From: an uncultured Ruminococcus sp.
GTDB lineage: Bacteria; Bacillota; Clostridia; Oscillospirales; Ruminococcaceae
Reading direction: 5' to 3'
Assembly (NCBI GenBank): GCA_902780695.1
Contig: CACZGM010000008.1
Span: forward strand, 509-64,508
Length of the DNA stretch: 64,000 nt
The position numbers and the translations under genes are program-made. Under the pieces are notes generated by a model. The model worked only from the letters and a program-made list of their open reading frames with translations. It was not told the DNA's origin and ran no database searches. Shown piece after piece: positions 61,574 through 64,000 of the stretch (positions are counted from its first letter, which is position 1; each line of letters begins with the position of its first letter).

Positions 61574-63658
61574 TTATAGTGAGTTATATTCAATGTTGTT
61601 CAGTTTTATGCGGAATCTGCCGCCGTCAATGTGTATGTTGTCCTCCGAGGCAAAGAAGCATTTGTTGACTGTGGTAGAAAGCTCAACAGCCATATCTATG
61701 TCCTTGAGAGCGAAACGGGTGATGCCGTCTGTGCCGCCGAAAGCAAGCACATTCATACCGTCACCTCTTACTGCAAGGGAAGACCGGCTTATGCTTATAT
61801 CAGAATGGTGGTCATAAGAACCAAGCGCACAGGCGGAATCCGCGTTCATCTCTATCGTCGCGCTCGCACTTTCTATCTTTACGTCTGCGTGTTCGCCGAG
61901 AGCCGTACCGATAGCCGAGGATTTTATGGCACCGACCTTGCACTTTATGCTTGAAAACATAGCGCTTACAACGGCGTTGCCGTTAAGCGAGCCTATCGCG
62001 GTGCAGTGCGCTCCCGATGCTTTAGTGTCGATATCGCAGCCGGAGATCTGAATATCTGCATTGCCGTCAAACGCACCCATGCATACTCCCATGGCACCGA
62101 GTGATCTGAGCACATACCTTCCTCTTCTGGCGTTTATCGTTCCGCCGAGCCCAGAGCCGATGCATACGCCCGTGTGACTGTCGGCGGTGACGGATATTGT
62201 GCCGTCCTGATCGAAGATAAGCTCACCGTGTAAGGATTTGAGATCATTTCCTATGCCATAGTAGTCTGTGCCGCTCAGGACTATCTCGATGTTTCCGATA
62301 CCTTCCAGCGTGAGACGTGAAGATTGCGGTACCTTTATTCCGCAGCCGTCGAATCTGTTGTTTCCGATGAGAAGTATCTTTGCGTCGCTGTTATCTCCTA
62401 AGCTGATGCACGGACGCCCCGGTGTGTTTGAAAGCCGTGCCGAGTCAAGAACAATCTTCCCGCGGAAGTTTTCCGCCGTCTCAATGTGTATATCCGTTTC
62501 AAGGTAAGCCGAGCCCGACAGCGTGACGTTTTCAACATCACGGTTACCGGGTATGCGGACGACATTGTATCCTTCCCGGCAAAGTCTGTCAAGTGCGATA
62601 TGCTCGTTATCTCCGGCAGTATATAATTTCAGCCGCTTGCCGTCCTCACGTTCCTGTCTGTGAGAACGCATTTCATCACGCAGCTCGTAGGGTATCGACT
62701 GTATGATCTCCGCGCCGGGACGTGCAAGGTAAAATCCCTGGATCAGATCGGCTCCGAGCAGTATCACCGTGCGCAGTTCCTCGCTGCTCTCAACACCTTC
62801 CGCAAGTGCGAGTATACCGTTTCTGTGGCAGAAATCAATTATCTCACGGACAAAATGCTTTTTGTTCGGATTGTTTTCAATCCCGCTCAGCAGGGAACGG
62901 TCGATCTTCACATAGTTCGGCGTGTAGCGCAGCAGGTTGCTGAGATTGGAATATCCGGTGCCGAAGTCGTCAATGGCTATCCGGATATTGAGTCCTTTGT
63001 ACTTCTCTTTTATGGAGTTCAGTTCATCGTCGTTGAATTCCGAATCCTCCGTCATTTCCACGACCACCTTGTCCGAGAGCATTTCAAGAAGTCCGGATAT
63101 CTCGGTCTCTTTCAGCGGGTCTATATGCACGCTCGGCATACTGTTGATGAAGACGAGTTTGCCGTCGAACAGCTCCTTGTTTGCTTTGATATAATTCAGC
63201 ACATTCAGGAAAGTGTACTGCTCGACTTCGTCCAGACGTCCGGTTATTTCGGCATATTTAAGGATATGGAACGGGGTTATGCCCTGCATATTCTTTGCGC
63301 GCATAAGAGCTTCGTAGGAATATATCTCCCCGTTGTCCACACGCACTATCGGCTGGAAGTGATAGGTGAAAAGGTTGTAGTCTATCAGCTTCTGGACCTT
63401 GAAGATCTCGGCGTGCTCCGCTTCGGTGAGGTCGGTGCTGTTTGATGTGGTCTTATTTCTGCGTTCTTCACGAAGTATGACAAGCTCCGATATCATGGCA
63501 TAAATTCTGTCGATAATATAGTCCACATCATTGCTGCCGCTTTTTTCGGTAAACAGCAGCGAGTATTCTTCGTTTATTTCTTTGAGCTTTGCGCGGTTAT
63601 CGGTCTTCTTGACCTTTTCAAGATACTGCTTTATAAGATCTATTCTTTTTTCGTACAT
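61574..63658 (-). CDS. EAL-domain c-di-GMP phosphodiesterase with ~330-aa repetitive C-terminal domain
   Basis: FQPIV...YEALMR and IAIDDFGTGYSN in the central region. C-terminus has a degenerate repeat pattern (..G.G.C.G/IGS..G). No TM segment. Confidence 0.75.
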   Translation of the reverse strand: MYEKRIDLIKQYLEKVKKTDNRAKLKEINEEYSLLFTEKSGSNDVDYIIDRIYAMISELVILREERRNKTTSNSTDLTEAEHAEIFKVQKLIDYNLFTYHFQPIVRVDNGEIYSYEALMRAKNMQGITPFHILKYAEITGRLDEVEQYTFLNVLNYIKANKELFDGKLVFINSMPSVHIDPLKETEISGLLEMLSDKVVVEMTEDSEFNDDELNSIKEKYKGLNIRIAIDDFGTGYSNLSNLLRYTPNYVKIDRSLLSGIENNPNKKHFVREIIDFCHRNGILALAEGVESSEELRTVILLGADLIQGFYLARPGAEIIQSIPYELRDEMRSHRQEREDGKRLKLYTAGDNEHIALDRLCREGYNVVRIPGNRDVENVTLSGSAYLETDIHIETAENFRGKIVLDSARLSNTPGRPCISLGDNSDAKILLIGNNRFDGCGIKVPQSSRLTLEGIGNIEIVLSGTDYYGIGNDLKSLHGELIFDQDGTISVTADSHTGVCIGSGLGGTINARRGRYVLRSLGAMGVCMGAFDGNADIQISGCDIDTKASGAHCTAIGSLNGNAVVSAMFSSIKCKVGAIKSSAIGTALGEHADVKIESASATIEMNADSACALGSYDHHSDISISRSSLAVRGDGMNVLAFGGTDGITRFALKDIDMAVELSTTVNKCFFASEDNIHIDGGRFRIKLNNIEYNSL

Positions 63659-63847
63659 ATCATCATGCTCCCCGCAATGAAAGACAGGAAAAACCCGGAA
63701 GTGTCGTTTTGGTATCCCGCAGAACGCGGGAAAATTACATTATAATTAATTATATTGTACAATAAAATTACCGGTATGTCAAGACAAAAACAACAAATAA
63801 TACCGTTCGTCAGCTTTTCCGCGTGATATCCCGGACATACGATGATA

Positions 63848-64000
63848 TTATCCCTTCCTGCAAACGGCGGTAACGCGCATTTCGCCGTCCTGTATATCCG
63901 CGAAGATATCCCCGTTCATGGCGGACATAAGACTGCGGCAGATATACAGTCCGAGGCCGCTGCCTTCACGCGAACCGGAGTTCGAGCCGCGCCAGAAGCT
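63848..64000 (-). CDS. sensor histidine kinase, C-terminal fragment (continues beyond window)
   Basis: Reverse frame reads ...GSGLGLYICRSLMSAMNGDIFADIQDGEMRVTAVCRKG then stop. This is the HATPase_c G2-box region. Confidence 0.7.
   Translation of the reverse strand, partial: SFWRGSNSGSREGSGLGLYICRSLMSAMNGDIFADIQDGEMRVTAVCRKG

Overview
This looks like a Clostridia-type chromosome segment (possibly Ruminococcaceae-like; low-confidence guess from gene content). It has three parts. (1) 1-14.06 kb is the late arm of a siphovirus-type prophage: scaffold, capsid, connectors, major tail, G/GT chaperone with a canonical T_TTT_TTA -1 slippery site, tail-tip genes, XhlA, two holins and an NlpC/P60-SH3 endolysin. 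Its tape-measure gene is broken by two 1-nt frame changes. (2) 14.06-34.02 kb holds two related ~10-kb integrative mobilizable elements stacked in tandem at the 3' end of a tRNA-Glu(UUC) gene, delimited by three direct copies of one 23-mer. Island 2 carries an AT-rich four-gene operon (PstI/BsuBI-type M and R plus Hypoth_Ymh/TIGR02391 and DUF2806-like genes), a decayed D5/P4-type helicase, a MobV relaxase and an integrase. Island 3 carries a type I toxin-antitoxin-like locus, a large beta-helix/collagen-like surface protein gene with no start codon or signal peptide, TnpV, a CHC2 primase-like gene plus helicase, an orphan MobC and an integrase. (3) 34-64 kb is core genome, mostly on the minus strand: murD plus a PP-loop gene, ClpE-like ATPase, truA, ECF transporter, glmM, ruvCAB, GH16 lichenase and an EAL protein. 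Four intergenic copies of an unclassified box-hairpin-heptamer element lie just upstream of minus-strand genes. All function calls come from motif recognition by eye; no searches were run.
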